Assembly (NCBI RefSeq): GCF_006345805.1
Contig: NC_043001.1
Location: forward strand, 134,602,001-134,666,000
Length of the DNA stretch: 64,000 nt
Reading direction: 5' to 3'
Source: Octopus sinensis
Taxonomy: Eukaryota
The notes under the pieces are model-generated. The model worked only from the letters and a program-made list of their open reading frames with translations. It did not search any database and had not been told where the DNA came from. Positions within the stretch are counted from its first letter, which is position 1. Each line of letters opens with the position of its first letter. Below, in pieces: positions 50,971 to 63,360 of the stretch. Both the position numbers and the translations under genes were made by a program.

Positions 50971-51376
50971 ACTCTTTACTCTCTTTTTACTCTTTTACTT
51001 GTTTCAGTCATTTTGACTGCGGCCATGCTGGAGCACCGCCTTTAGTCGAGCAAATCGACCCCGGGACTTATTCTTTGTAAGCCCAGTACTTATTCTATCG
51101 GTCTCTTTGCCGAACCGCTAAGTGACGGGGACGTAAACACACCAGCATCAGTTGTCAAGCAATGCTAGAGGGACAAACACACACACACAAACACATATAT
51201 ATATACATATATACGACAGGCTTCTTTCAGTTTCCGTCTACCAAATCCACTCGCAAGGCATTGGTTGGCCCGGGGCTATAGCAGAAGACACTTGCCCAAG
51301 ATGCCATGCAGTGGGACTGAACCCGGAACCATGTGGTTGGTTAGCAAGCTACTTACCACACAGCCACTCCTGCGCC
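50971..51376 (-). mobile_element. SINE family A
   Basis: Full reverse copy. Confidence 0.9.
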
Positions 51377-51664
51377 TCCCACTGTGTCTTTGTATACAAC
51401 TAAGAGAAAACAAATGCCAGGAAACTGACATGAGTTTCCATATTGAATGTAATTTTTAGTTTTTATTAATTTTATCAGAAATAGGTTGTAGAATACTCAG
51501 CTACATGCACTATAATTCAATTAGTAGACAGTTCAGATGATCAAGCAATTGAAATAGTAATCCCTAAAATCAACAGAGACCCATGTATTTCTATGCGTAC
51601 CTACTCACACAACACACATATACACATGCATACACACATACATTCATTCATATTTTTGCACATA

Positions 51665-52072
51665 GGCGCAGGAGTGGCTGTGTGGTAAGTAGCTTGCTAA
51701 CCAGCCACATGGTTCCGGGTTCAATCCCACTGCGTGGCACATTGGGTAAGTGTCTTCTACTATAGCCTCGGGCCAACCAAAGCCTTGTGAGTGGATTTGG
51801 TAGACGGAAACTGAAAGAAGCCCGTCGTATATGTATATATATATGTATGTGTGTGTGTATATGTTTGTGTGCCTATGTTTGTCCCCCCAACATCGCTTAA
51901 CAATCGATGCTGGTGTGTTTGCGTCCCCAGAACTTAGCGGTTTGGCAAAGAGACCAATAGAATCAGTACTAGGCTTACAAAGAATAAGTCCTGGGGACGA
52001 TTTGCTTCACTAAAGGCGGTGCTCCAGCATGGCCACAGTCAAATGACTGAAACAAGTAAAAGAGTAAAGAGT
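51665..52072 (+). mobile_element. SINE family A
   Basis: Full consensus. Confidence 0.9.
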
Positions 52073-53847
52073 ATGCACATATACATACACACACATACAT
52101 TTACATGTATACACACATACATATGCATACACACACACACATACATGCACACACACATTCACATACATATATGCATTCACATATGTGTGTATGCTCAGTC
52201 ATTGTTGCAAGTAAGTTTATAACATTTCAAAAAGCTCCACTATGTCATTTCTACATCGCAAACATTTAATGCTTCACCAGTATGGAATATATTCTTCCCA
52301 CAATCATCTCATTTATTTATTTATTAATTTATTCATTTATATATTTATTTATTTGCTTTAGTAAATTATCTTGCTGGCATTGAAAGACAGATTAGCAGAG
52401 CTACAGACAACTGTAATGATAATTACTAGAGAATTTTTGATTGGTTTGTACATGCTGTGACGATATATCTTCTTAACAACTGTGAATGTAGTATATGCTT
52501 GATGATAGTTATCGCTAGATTTTTTAGGAGAAAGAATTTGGTACATCATCATCATCATCATCATCATTATTTCCCATTGTTGAACAAAACTTATTTTACT
52601 CTCATTGTTCCTAGTCCTGCTTTTTCTTCTCCGATTGATTATATTTATTCTGAGCTCCATATCAATTTATAGGACTAATATGTCTGTATCCAAACACTGA
52701 TGAGTGAAAACCTATAACAGATGTGGATGATGATTTAATGATGTGTGTATTTTTTTGTCTTTTTTTGGCTTTTGTCTTTTGCCTATTTCGGTGATTTGTT
52801 TTGCAGCCTAGCAACGAGTTTTCTAAACTAGAGAAAGAGTCTTTTGTGTTTGGTTCTGGATGGATATAAGCTTTGTTTTAGAAAGAGGAAAAAGTGGAAG
52901 TAACATGTCTTGTTAGGAAGACGAATGAAACAAAATGGCTGACTTAAAAAGACTGATACATGAAGAGTAGATTAGCAAATTAGCAACAAGACATAAGCAC
53001 GCGCACTTGAATCTCTCTAGCTGTCTTTTCTAGAATCTTAATGAACATCTTTTCTCTTTAGATTAATCACCCTTCCAAAAATACAAAAGAAAAAGTGTGT
53101 GTGAGTGTGTGTGTGTGTGGTGTGTGTGTGTGTGTGTGCGTGTGCGTGCATGTATGTGTGTGTGTGCATGTGTGTGCGTGTGCGTTTTAATTGGTCATCT
53201 AGCTGCACTGATAGACTCTCAACAAAAGAACCCATGGTTTATATTCTGTCATTAGCAGTGTGATTTGCTTTTTGCTAAGACTCACAAATGTCCCAGTTCA
53301 GTCCACTTAGATTTAAATAGGTACCATGAGTATGTGCACCTCAGTAATATAGACAACAATATTGTAAAGTTTTTGAGTGTCCTTTCCTTTCCATTCAGCT
53401 GAGTGGAAAGGAAAAACTACGAAGGGCTACCCAGCAAATATTGTAGCAACACAAGCTTCCTTTGTTTCAATGAGCTATGGAACTCAATGAGTTATGTACA
53501 TACACATACATGATGTAACACACACATGTACAAAAGCACACATGTACACACACAAACACACACACACACATACTTAGAATATACTCAGCTAAAATGTCAT
53601 AACCACTCTACCTCATCATCATTTTAACATCCTCTTTTCCATGTTTATATGGGTTGGATGGAGCTTATTAAAATTTTCTACAGTCAGATGCTCTTCCTGT
53701 TGCCAACCCTCATCTAGTTCCAAGCATGGTAATATTTTTCTATAGTCAAGCATATTCTCACAAAATGGCACTTATTGTATGACAGTGACAAGCATTTTAC
53801 AACTATCACATAATGTCAGGACAAGGAGACACATACACACACTATAT

Positions 53848-54251
53848 TTTTTTTTTTTTACTTGTTTCAGTCATTTGACTGCGGCCATGCTGGAGCAGCG
53901 CCTTTACTCGAGCAAATCGACCCCGGAACTTATTCTTTGTAAGCCCAGTACTTATTCTATCGGTCTCTTTTGCCGAACCGCTAAGTGACGGGGAAGTAAA
54001 CACACCAGCATCGGTTGTCAAGCAATGCTAGGGGGACAAACACAGACACACAAACACACACATACATACACATATATATACATACATATATACGACAGGC
54101 TTCTTTTCAGTTTCCGTCTACCAAATCCACTCACAAGGCATTGGTCGGCCCGGGGCTATAGCAGAAGACACTTGCCCAAGATGTCACACAGTGGGACTGA
54201 ATCCGGAACCATGTGGTTGGTTAGCAAGCTACTTACCACACAGCCACTCCT
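53848..54251 (-). mobile_element. SINE family A (older head fragment follows at ~54275-54436)
   Basis: Full reverse copy. Confidence 0.9.
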
Positions 54252-55307
54252 CATCATATATATATATATATATGATTAGATTTTTTTTCAGTTACTGTCT
54301 ACTAAATCCACTCTCAAGGTTTTGGCTGATCCAAGGTAATAGAAGAAAACACTTACACAAGATGCCACACAGTGGGACTGAACCTGGAACCACGTGGATG
54401 GGAAGCAAACTTCTTACCACACAGCTACACCTGCACCCACCTGCTGACATTTCTTCAACCTACCCTGTGACCATTCTTGGAGACAGGCTGATAATTTTAA
54501 TTTTAATGTCTTTGCTAGAAAAACAATCCAATTTTGTAAGAGATGCTATATGTAATTGATGGGACCACATAATATGGTCAGCATCAAAGCTGAAAATGGA
54601 GGGAAAAGCAAAGATATCTTATTCAGATTGAGAACTATTGTACTAGGACCTATAGTATTTATTGACAGCACACCACAACTACATCAAATAGCATTAGGCT
54701 CCTAAACCCATGACTCTACCCCAGGCAATTGTCTAGTTTACTTATAACTTAAGATAGTATTATCTATGGTATTTAGTAACTCTTGGTTCCTAAATACCAT
54801 AGATATAAGTCTTTCTCTTCATGTAATACGTTTAGGACAAGATTGGCAGTCTTTTTTCTTCCTGAGTTAACAGGAGAGCTGCTGCATGGTCAACCTGCTA
54901 GAAATAGCAGTCAAATCTACTTCAAATCACACCTTCCAATCTTAAAAATGGAAGGATATAGTTATAGATAAAAGAAAAGAAAAATGGATGGTCGTGGTTG
55001 AAATGTCTTTGATTATAGGTCTTCTCTATAAAGTCTGACCTGGGGCTCAAAACTAACAACCAACAAGAAGAGGTTCCAGTGTTGCTGCAATTTACAGCTA
55101 GGTGGATTGTGCCTTTTGGGAGTGAACTATCTTGGTTACACACACACACCAAGTAAATAGCTGTAGCAGTTAAACATTTCAGCTAGTTGCTGTGGCAGTT
55201 TAACCCCAGGCCAGCCATGACTGAGTAGACCTATGATCACAGGAGTTCCAACTAAGACATTGTTGGTATTTTGTATCAATATATTTGGGATTACATTGTT
55301 AAATATG

Positions 55308-55607
55308 TGGAGGCGCAATGGCCTAGTGGTTAGGGCAGTGGACTCGCGGTCGCAGGATCGTGGTTTCAATTCCCAGACCGGGCGTTGTGAGTGTTTATTG
55401 AGCGAAAACACCTAAAAGCTCCACGAGGCTCCAGCAGGGGGTGGTGATCCCTGCTGTACTCTTTCACCACTCTTTCTCTCACTCTTCCTTCTGTTGGCCT
55501 GCTCGCTTAGCCAGCGGGGTGGCGTCATTCGAAGGCTAAAACAATGCAAACGCATTGTGACCAGCGATGTGTAACAACATCTGATGGTCTGGTCGGTCAC
55601 GTGATCA
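55308..55607 (+). mobile_element. SINE with family B head/body but a different 3' tail
   Basis: 15-bp TSD ACATTGTTAAATATG (55293-55307 / 55608-55622); diverges from family B after ...CTCTCACTCTT. Confidence 0.85.
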
Positions 55608-55632
55608 CATTGTTAAATATGCCCTTATTTAA

Positions 55633-55852
55633 CCCTTTAGCATTCAGATTCTTCTGTAAAATGCAATACTTATTCATTCACATTGTTTTAAATTAATTAC
55701 GCATATTCTTGTAGCTTCGAGATTTTGATGATGTGATTGTGTATTTTTGGAATAGCAATTTGGGATAGGTAGGAGAAGCCAGATCTGGGTGGTTTGAACA
55801 TAAAACAAGAAGAATATTTGGGCTGGATATGGCCTGTTTAAGTGTTAAACGG
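55633..55852 (-). mobile_element. piggyBac-type MITE family P2
   Basis: TTAA flanks; one TIR degenerate. Confidence 0.7.
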
Positions 55853-56119
55853 TTAAGACAATAAGGTGTGATATGAAGCACATTTGGTAGCTATTTTTAG
55901 CAGATCTAGAAACCTCATAGAGGCTCTTCCATCACCTATCTTTTATGACCTTTTAGTTTACTTTCATCTGATCTATTTCTAAGTTATATAAGTACTTCCA
56001 CTAACTATACTAGTCCTCTTAATATTACACCCATTATTCAATCCCACCATGGGTTAAATATCTGAAATGTTGCTGCAGCTATTTCATCACCTAAATACCT
56101 GTCATGCCAACCATTCACA

Positions 56120-56140
56120 CACACACACATATACAACACA

Positions 56141-56199
<59 letters not shown>

Positions 56200-56238
56200 G
56201 CATGTATATGTACGTGTGTGCGTGTATATATAATATAT

Positions 56239-56309
<71 letters not shown>

Positions 56310-56344
56310 CACACACACATACATATATATATATACATATATAC

Positions 56345-56378
<34 letters not shown>

Positions 56379-56410
56379 GTATGTATGTGTGTGTGTGTGT
56401 GTGTGTGTGT
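56120..56410. repeat. Compound CA/TA/TG microsatellite
   Basis: Direct reading. Confidence 0.9.
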
Positions 56411-57076
56411 GAATGGAATGGTATGTATTTTGAAACTGGGTACATCATTAAGGTAGATGAAATCTTACTGGCAAGTAACATACCACCTTAACAGGTGAAC
56501 CAGCACACCTCTATAGTTACTCATGTACACTTTTACAAGCATACACCCACACACAAATAAGCACACACACACACACAAATAAGCACACACACACACGTCT
56601 AGTTTATATATTCAAATATGTTTAACATTATAGATAATGCTATTAAGAATTGCTGATTACAGTCAAGCTACTTCCTAATTAGATGATATAAATATATTGG
56701 TGGCAATAGTTCCAAAAGCATTATGTAGACACCCAGATATTTCCGAGATACAGGAACTATTTGAGCTTTTAGTAATGCAATTCTAATTATAGGAATTTAA
56801 CTTTGGCTCATGAACATATAATGTTACTTTGATTCATAAGTGATTGTTAGTTTTTTTTTTATCACCTAGGCACAGGTGTGGCTGTGTAGTGAGAAGTTTG
56901 TTTACCAACCACATGATTCTGGGTTAAGTCCCACTGTATGGCACCTTAGGCAAGTGCCTTCTACTATAGCCCTGAGGACCAACCAAAGCCTTTTGGGTGG
57001 ATTTGCAAAATGGAAACTGAAGGAGAACTGCCATACATACATACGTACATACATGCATGCATGCATCCATGCATAC

Positions 57077-57246
57077 GAGTGGCTGTGTGGTAAGTAGCTT
57101 GTTTACCAGCCACATGGTTCCGGGTTCAGTCCCACTGCGTGGCACCTTGGGCAAGTGTCTTCTGCTATAGCCTCGGGCCGACCAAAGCCTTGTGAGTGGA
57201 TTTGGTAGACGGAAACTGAAAGAAGCCCGTCGTATATATGTATATT

Positions 57247-57281
<35 letters not shown>

Positions 57282-57490
57282 TTGTGTGTGTGTGTTTGTC
57301 TGCTTAGCATTGCTTGACAACCGATGCTGGTGTGTTTATGTCCCCGTCACTTAGCGGTTCGGCAAAAGAGACCGATAGAATAAGTACTGGGCTTACAAAG
57401 AATAAGTGCCGGGGTCGAGTTGCTCGATTAAAGGCGGTGCTCCAGCATGGCCGCAGTGAAATGACTGAAACAAGTAAAAGAGTAAAGAGT
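57077..57490 (+). mobile_element. SINE family A (older head at ~56868-57030)
   Basis: Near-full consensus. Confidence 0.85.
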
Positions 57491-58652
57491 ATACATACAT
57501 ACATACATACACTGGAACTGTAAAAATCTGTAAAACTTTCCAGAAGTTCATCATTTAAGTACACACGAGCATGTCTAGATATGCAAGTTTATGCATGAGA
57601 AGACATACATAAAACAAAACATACAAATCTGTACATATACAAACATACATACAAAAATACCCTGTTGTTGATGTTGAAATTCCAATGAAGGAGCCTTGGA
57701 TCTAGGTTAGAAACTGGCTCTTACTCTATTGGCAAGAAATCTGAATAATCTGAATAAATAAAACTGAATTATTACACACACGCGTGCACGCACCCCATCA
57801 TCATCTTCATCATCATTTAACATCCATTTTCCATGCTGGCATGGGTTGGATAGTTTAACTGGAGCTGGCAAGCCAGAGGACTGTCGACTCTATTGTCTAC
57901 TTTGGCATGGTTCCACCAGCTGAATGCTCTTCCAAATGCCAATCACTTTGAATGAGGATATACACACAAGTATATATGTATATGAGTATGTGTGTATGTG
58001 TGTGTGTGTGTGCGTGTGTGTGTAAGTGTGTGCGTGTGTGTGTGTGTGTACATATGTGTCTATGTTTTAGTGTTTGTGTTTGTCCACCACCACCATCACT
58101 TGAGAACTGGTGTTAGCTTGTTTATGTCCCCATAAGTTATCAATTTGGCAACAAAGAGATTGATAGAATACGCACCAGGTTTAGAAAAAGCAAAAGTAAG
58201 TTCTGAGGTCAATTTGTTCAATTAAACCCTTCAAGGTCTTCAAGGTGGTGTCAACATGGCTGCTGTCTAATGAGTAAGACAAATAAAAGATAAATGTTTT
58301 TTTTTTTAAATGTCAATTTAAATATTAATTATTTAACCCAAGATCGTTGTTGATTGAGCAAATTTTTGATCAGAGTCACTCAAGCAAAGACAATCTCAAA
58401 TTTTTAAGAATATCTAAGTGTACATTATCGCTAAAGCATTGCATTGAATATCTTGAATCTTATGGTGTTTGTTTTGGCTCACTGTGATCAAATCCTGCTT
58501 AGGTCAACTTTTCCTGCCATCCTTTCACTATCAATAAAAAAAAATGTACCTATCCTATATAGCAGATAGGCAGAACAATAAGAATACTGGACCAGATACT
58601 TTGTAGTTCTCTGTGACTCAAGTTCCACTCAGGTGCCTAAAAAGCACTCTTA

Positions 58653-59131
58653 TTTCTTATTTCTTTATTGCCCACAAGAGGCTAAACATAGAGGGGACAA
58701 AACAAGGACAGACAAAGCGATTAAGTTGATTACATCGACCCCAGTGCGTAACTGGTACTTAATTTATCGACCCGGAAAGGATGAAAGGCAAAGTTGACCT
58801 CGATGGAATTTGAACTCAGAATGTAACGACAGACAAAATACCGCTAAGCATTTTGCCCGCGGCGAGCTGGCAGAACCGTTAGCACGTCGGGCGAAATGCG
58901 CAGCTGTATTTCGTCTGCTGGTACGTTCTGAGTTCAAATTCCGCTGAGGTTGACTTTGCCTTTCATCCTTTTGGGGTCGATAAATTAAGTACCAGTTATG
59001 CACTGGGGTCTATGTAATCGACTTAATTCGTTGGTCTGTCCTTGTTTGTCCCCTCTATGTTTAGCCCCTTGTGGGTAATAAAGAAACATTTCGCCCGCCA
59101 TGCTAATGTTTCTGCCAGCATTCCGCCTTAC
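58653..59131 (-). mobile_element. SINE D (outer) with a second SINE D inserted in opposite orientation (58861-59086)
   Basis: Outer TSD AAAAGCACTCTTA; inner TSD CATTT(T/C)GCCCGC. Confidence 0.85.
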
Positions 59132-60376
59132 AAAAGCACTCTTACCAACCCACAGACCTTGCATACCAAGTAAGGCAAAGTCCTTGTATGCAAAGACCAG
59201 AATCAAATAGATGATGTTGAGTAAAGTTGAGTGAAGAGCTCCTCTAGCTGGGGATATATGTGCCTTGGTGAATGAATAAATGAATGATTAGATGCACTTT
59301 CAAGAAGTTTGAGGGACCATTTCTCATTGGTTTCTTTTAACTCATTGCCTATCTAAAGTATTTACATTTGTTTTTAAAAGATCTATGCTTGCCTGCAGAC
59401 TTTTAGTTTGCCCTTGTTCTATATATTCTGAGTAATATAAAAAAATTTCCTTTCACAAGTTCCAAGTTATTTTGGTGGTTGAAAAAATTTGGAATTTGTA
59501 TCATATGTGATGCATTGATGCCAAAGGAATATCTCCTGTCTATTATATGTGATACACTGGACAGTCAAAGAGTTAAAAACTGTTTTCTATGCCAGTACAT
59601 TTTATTGCATATTTTCTATCAATGGGAACAGGTTGTCGATGAGAATATACAGCAACAAATGATAACAGTACACTTACACACATACGTGTGTGTGTGGTGT
59701 GTGTGTGTGTGTGTAGCCTTGTCCACAGTAAGGTCCTACATATATATGGAATTTCTGTGACTCCACACTCTGTTTTCTGTCTTTCTCTCTATCCCTCTAG
59801 ATTTTCCATTTCTCCCCCTCCCTACTATCTTTCATTCCTTCTCCTTTCTCTTTACTACCTTTGTTTCTTTCTCTCATTCTTTCTCCTGTCACCCCCTTCC
59901 CTTCTGCCCATTGCTCACACGTGACTACAGGCCATTTCTCTCGCCCCCATCTTTTCTGGACGAGATGTCCAACAGGCTGGACGTCGCTTCTCTCGCCTCC
60001 CAACATTTTTTCTCTTCTACTATTTTCTTCTCTTCTATTTATTCTATTTCTTTTTAAAATTTCTTCTAGGCATCATATGTTTTTCTTCATCAATTCTTTA
60101 CTTTGTACATCTACTCTGTTGTTGTTTGTTTGTTCAAAGCTCAAACTCTCCATAAATTTTATTTTAAAAAAATTTCTGGATGTTGCTGTCTTATGAAGTT
60201 TTCTTATCTTGTCATTGAAAGCATGAAATAGGGAGAAGTAAAACAGTGGACAATTGACAAGCGAGTTATCTTCTTTTGGTATTTTGTCCTGTATTTATCT
60301 CTCATATATTTACATATTTTTCACTCATTGGTGATGTCCTGTACTTAATGTGTATTATATATATATATATATATAT

Positions 60377-61147
60377 GAAGACCTGTTGAGGCAAGTGAGA
60401 ATCGAATCGTATCAAATCAAATCGAACCAATCAAAATAGATGAACATCAATGGAATTTGTATCCTTTGGGGTACCAGTGCCGTGGCACATAAGAAAACCA
60501 TCCGAACGGGACCGTAGCCAGTACCGCAATGACTGGCCTCCGTGCTGAGGGCACGTAACAAACACCATCCGAGCGTGGCCGTCCGCCAGCCTCGTCTAGC
60601 CCCTGTGTCGGTGACACATAAGAAAACACCATCCGAGCGTGGCGTCTGCCAGCCTCGTCTGGCACCTGTGTCGGTGGCACATAAAAAACACCATCCGAGC
60701 GTGGCGTCTGCCAGCCTCGTCTGGCACCTGTGTCGGTGGCACATAAAAAACACCATCCGAGCGTGGTCGTCTGCCAGCCTCGTCGGGCACCTGTAATCGG
60801 TGGCACATAAAAAACACCATCCGAGCGTGGCCGTCTGCCAGCCTCGTCTGGCACCTGTGTCGGTGGCACATAAAATCACCCACTACACTCTCGGAGTGGT
60901 TGGCGTTAGGAGGGCATCCAGCTGTAGAAACACGGCACATCTGACTGGCCTGGTGCAGCCTTCGGGCTTCCCAGACCCAGTTTGAACCGTCCACCCATGC
61001 TAGCATGGAAAGCGGACTTAAACGATGATGATGATGATATATGACTGGGCCTGATGAAGCCTTCTGGCTTCACAGACCCCAGTAGAACCGTCCAACCCAT
61101 GCTAGCATGGAAAACGGACGCTAAATGATGATGATGATGATGATGAT
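60377..61147 (+). mobile_element. RTE 3'UTR element with five or more ~62-bp units, followed by a second 3' tail fragment (61043-61147)
   Basis: CACCATCCGAGCGTGG repeated at ~62-63 bp spacing; (GAT)n tails at ~61025 and ~61125. Confidence 0.85.
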
Positions 61148-61192
61148 ATATAGATATATATATATATGTATATATATATATGTATATATATA

Positions 61193-61239
<47 letters not shown>

Positions 61240-61324
61240 GTATATATATACATATATATATATACATAACATCTATATTTATATATATACATTATATATA
61301 TATATATATATTAGTATATCCAAA

Positions 61325-61530
61325 CATGAAAGCACAAAGAGAAAAACACAACAACGCGAGGATGTGGAACAAGTATAGTGTTGTTATTGGACGCTCGCTC
61401 AGGAAGGACGGGAAGAAGGAGTGTTTTATGTTTCGAGTGGAGCTCTTCGTCAGAAACATAGGAAAAGGAAAGATCCAAAGAAGGGAAGACGGAGGAAAAA
61501 AATTGCCAACGGTACACACACGGTCACATA
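61325..61530 (-). mobile_element. Penelope/retrozyme-like fragment with minimal hammerhead (family H2)
   Basis: Minus 61457-61423: GTTT-CTGACGA-A-GAG CTCCA CTC-GAAAC-ATA-AAAC; homologous to 4560-4745. Confidence 0.65.
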
Positions 61531-61794
61531 TATCATCCTCATTACCACTATCATTTAATGTTCATGTTCAAACTGGCATGGATTGGATGGTTTGACAAGA
61601 TCTGATGGGTTCAAGAACTGCATTGTGCTTCAGTGTCTGCATTAACATGGTTCCTATTGCATAATATTCTTCGTAATGCCAACCACTTTAGAACATTTGC
61701 TGGCAGCTTTTCCCATGACACCAGCACTTGTGAGGTTGCCATACAGCTTGCGTGACCACAAGCCTTGAGGAGAGAACTTTACAGTAGTAATGAA

Positions 61795-62365
61795 TCATCA
61801 TCATTGTTCGACCGTGGTCGAGACAATGGAATTTACCATGCTACGCCAGACTTCACGGTCCATCATGGCATTACGGAGGTCCTGTTGCTGGATGCCTGTA
61901 TCCCTGGAGATTACATCAGGGTAGGAGAGTGTACGCCCTCTGGTATTGCGAGTAGATGGCTTCCAGAGGAGAAGAGTAGAAATTACTTCTTTTTCAGCTC
62001 TACAACAATGTCCAGCAAACTGGACTCTCCTACCTTTCACAAGAGATGACACAGGTGGTAGTTTCCCATATATTTGCATTTTGGTTGGATGGCGCTTCCA
62101 CAAAAGATTTTGAGCTCTCATAAGGAGGTGAATGTAGGTTCCATCCAACCGCCTCTCAAGCTTCTTTGATAAAGTCCAGGTTTCTGAGCCATATAGTAGA
62201 ATTGGTTCAACTGTGGCTTTGAAGATTTCAAGTTTGAAGTCTCTACTTAGATTTGATGACCAGATCTTATGCATATCATTACAGGCTGACCAGGCCATAC
62301 CCTTTCTAGTTAGAAAGTCTTTTCCAGATGATGATATGTATGACCCAAGATATTTATAATCAGAA
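61795..62365 (-). mobile_element. 5'-truncated RTE/RTEX-like LINE with open ORF2 tail and no 3'UTR
   Basis: DYKYLGSYISS, EPILLYGSETWTL, FAGHC, DREVWR; the stop codon is the first TGA of the (TGA)n tail. Confidence 0.85.
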
Positions 62366-63069
62366 ATGAAAGAAAGGGCTGCAGCAGAACAGGTTTCTCG
62401 CTGCAGAGGATCTATGTGATTACTCATATTTTAGAAGAAAGGGTAAGAGTTATCATGCTGAGTTGGAAAGGGATAAAAATATTGGTGATGAAGTGTCAGG
62501 GTGGATCCTCAAGGTATGAGGTAGGTAGAAATGAGAAGGACCAGGAGTATGGGTGGATGGAGGTTGCAAGGAGGCAGGGAATGAGAGATGAGAAATGGAT
62601 GAGGAGAGACGTGGTAGGTGACCACTGTAAAGATTGGGTAGGGTTGAAGGTGGATGTAGTGAATGACCAATGATACAAGTGTTAGAGGAGGTAGGAAAGG
62701 GGAGATGATTGACAGTGCAGAGCAGCAGAACAGTAATGATGATGCAGTAGGCAGGAGAAGGACATGAGAGAAATGACATGTGTGACTGGTAAGTTGTAGG
62801 AGTGGGGGTGGGAAGATAGAGCAATGGTTAGAGTGTTGCACTCATGTTTATGAGATTGCGAGTTCAATTCCTGGACTAAACAGTGTGTTGCGCTTTTGAG
62901 CAAAACGCTTCATCTCACATTGTTCTGCAATCACTTCGACATCTAATGGGTGGCATACCATGCACCTGTACAGGTAATATCAATTTCATGGAGAGAGTGA
63001 GCATGAACATTTGATCACTATAATGAAATTGTCTGCGATGTTCAGCGTGAAATTGCAGAACTACCTTAT

Positions 63070-63360
63070 ATATATATGTATATATCTGTAGCTATATCTG
63101 TGTGTGCATGCATGTGTGTGTGCGTGTGTGCACATGTATATGTGTGAATGTGCATACATGTGTATACACACGTGTATATGTGTGTGTGTGCATATGAGTT
63201 TGCATGTGTGTGGATGTGTGCACATGTATATGTGTGAATGAGCTTACATGTGTGCATGTATATACACACATGTATATATGTGTGTGTGTGTGCATATGAG
63301 TTTGCATGTGTGCACGTGTGTTTGTGTTTGTGTGTGTGTGTGTGTGTGTGGTGTGTGTAC
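63070..63360. repeat. Degenerate (TG)/(CATG) low-complexity tract with internal duplication
   Basis: Direct reading. Confidence 0.85.

Noticed and set aside
52697-52712. CTGATGAGTGAAA hammerhead-like string
   Set aside because: No stem II or stem I pairing; expected by chance.
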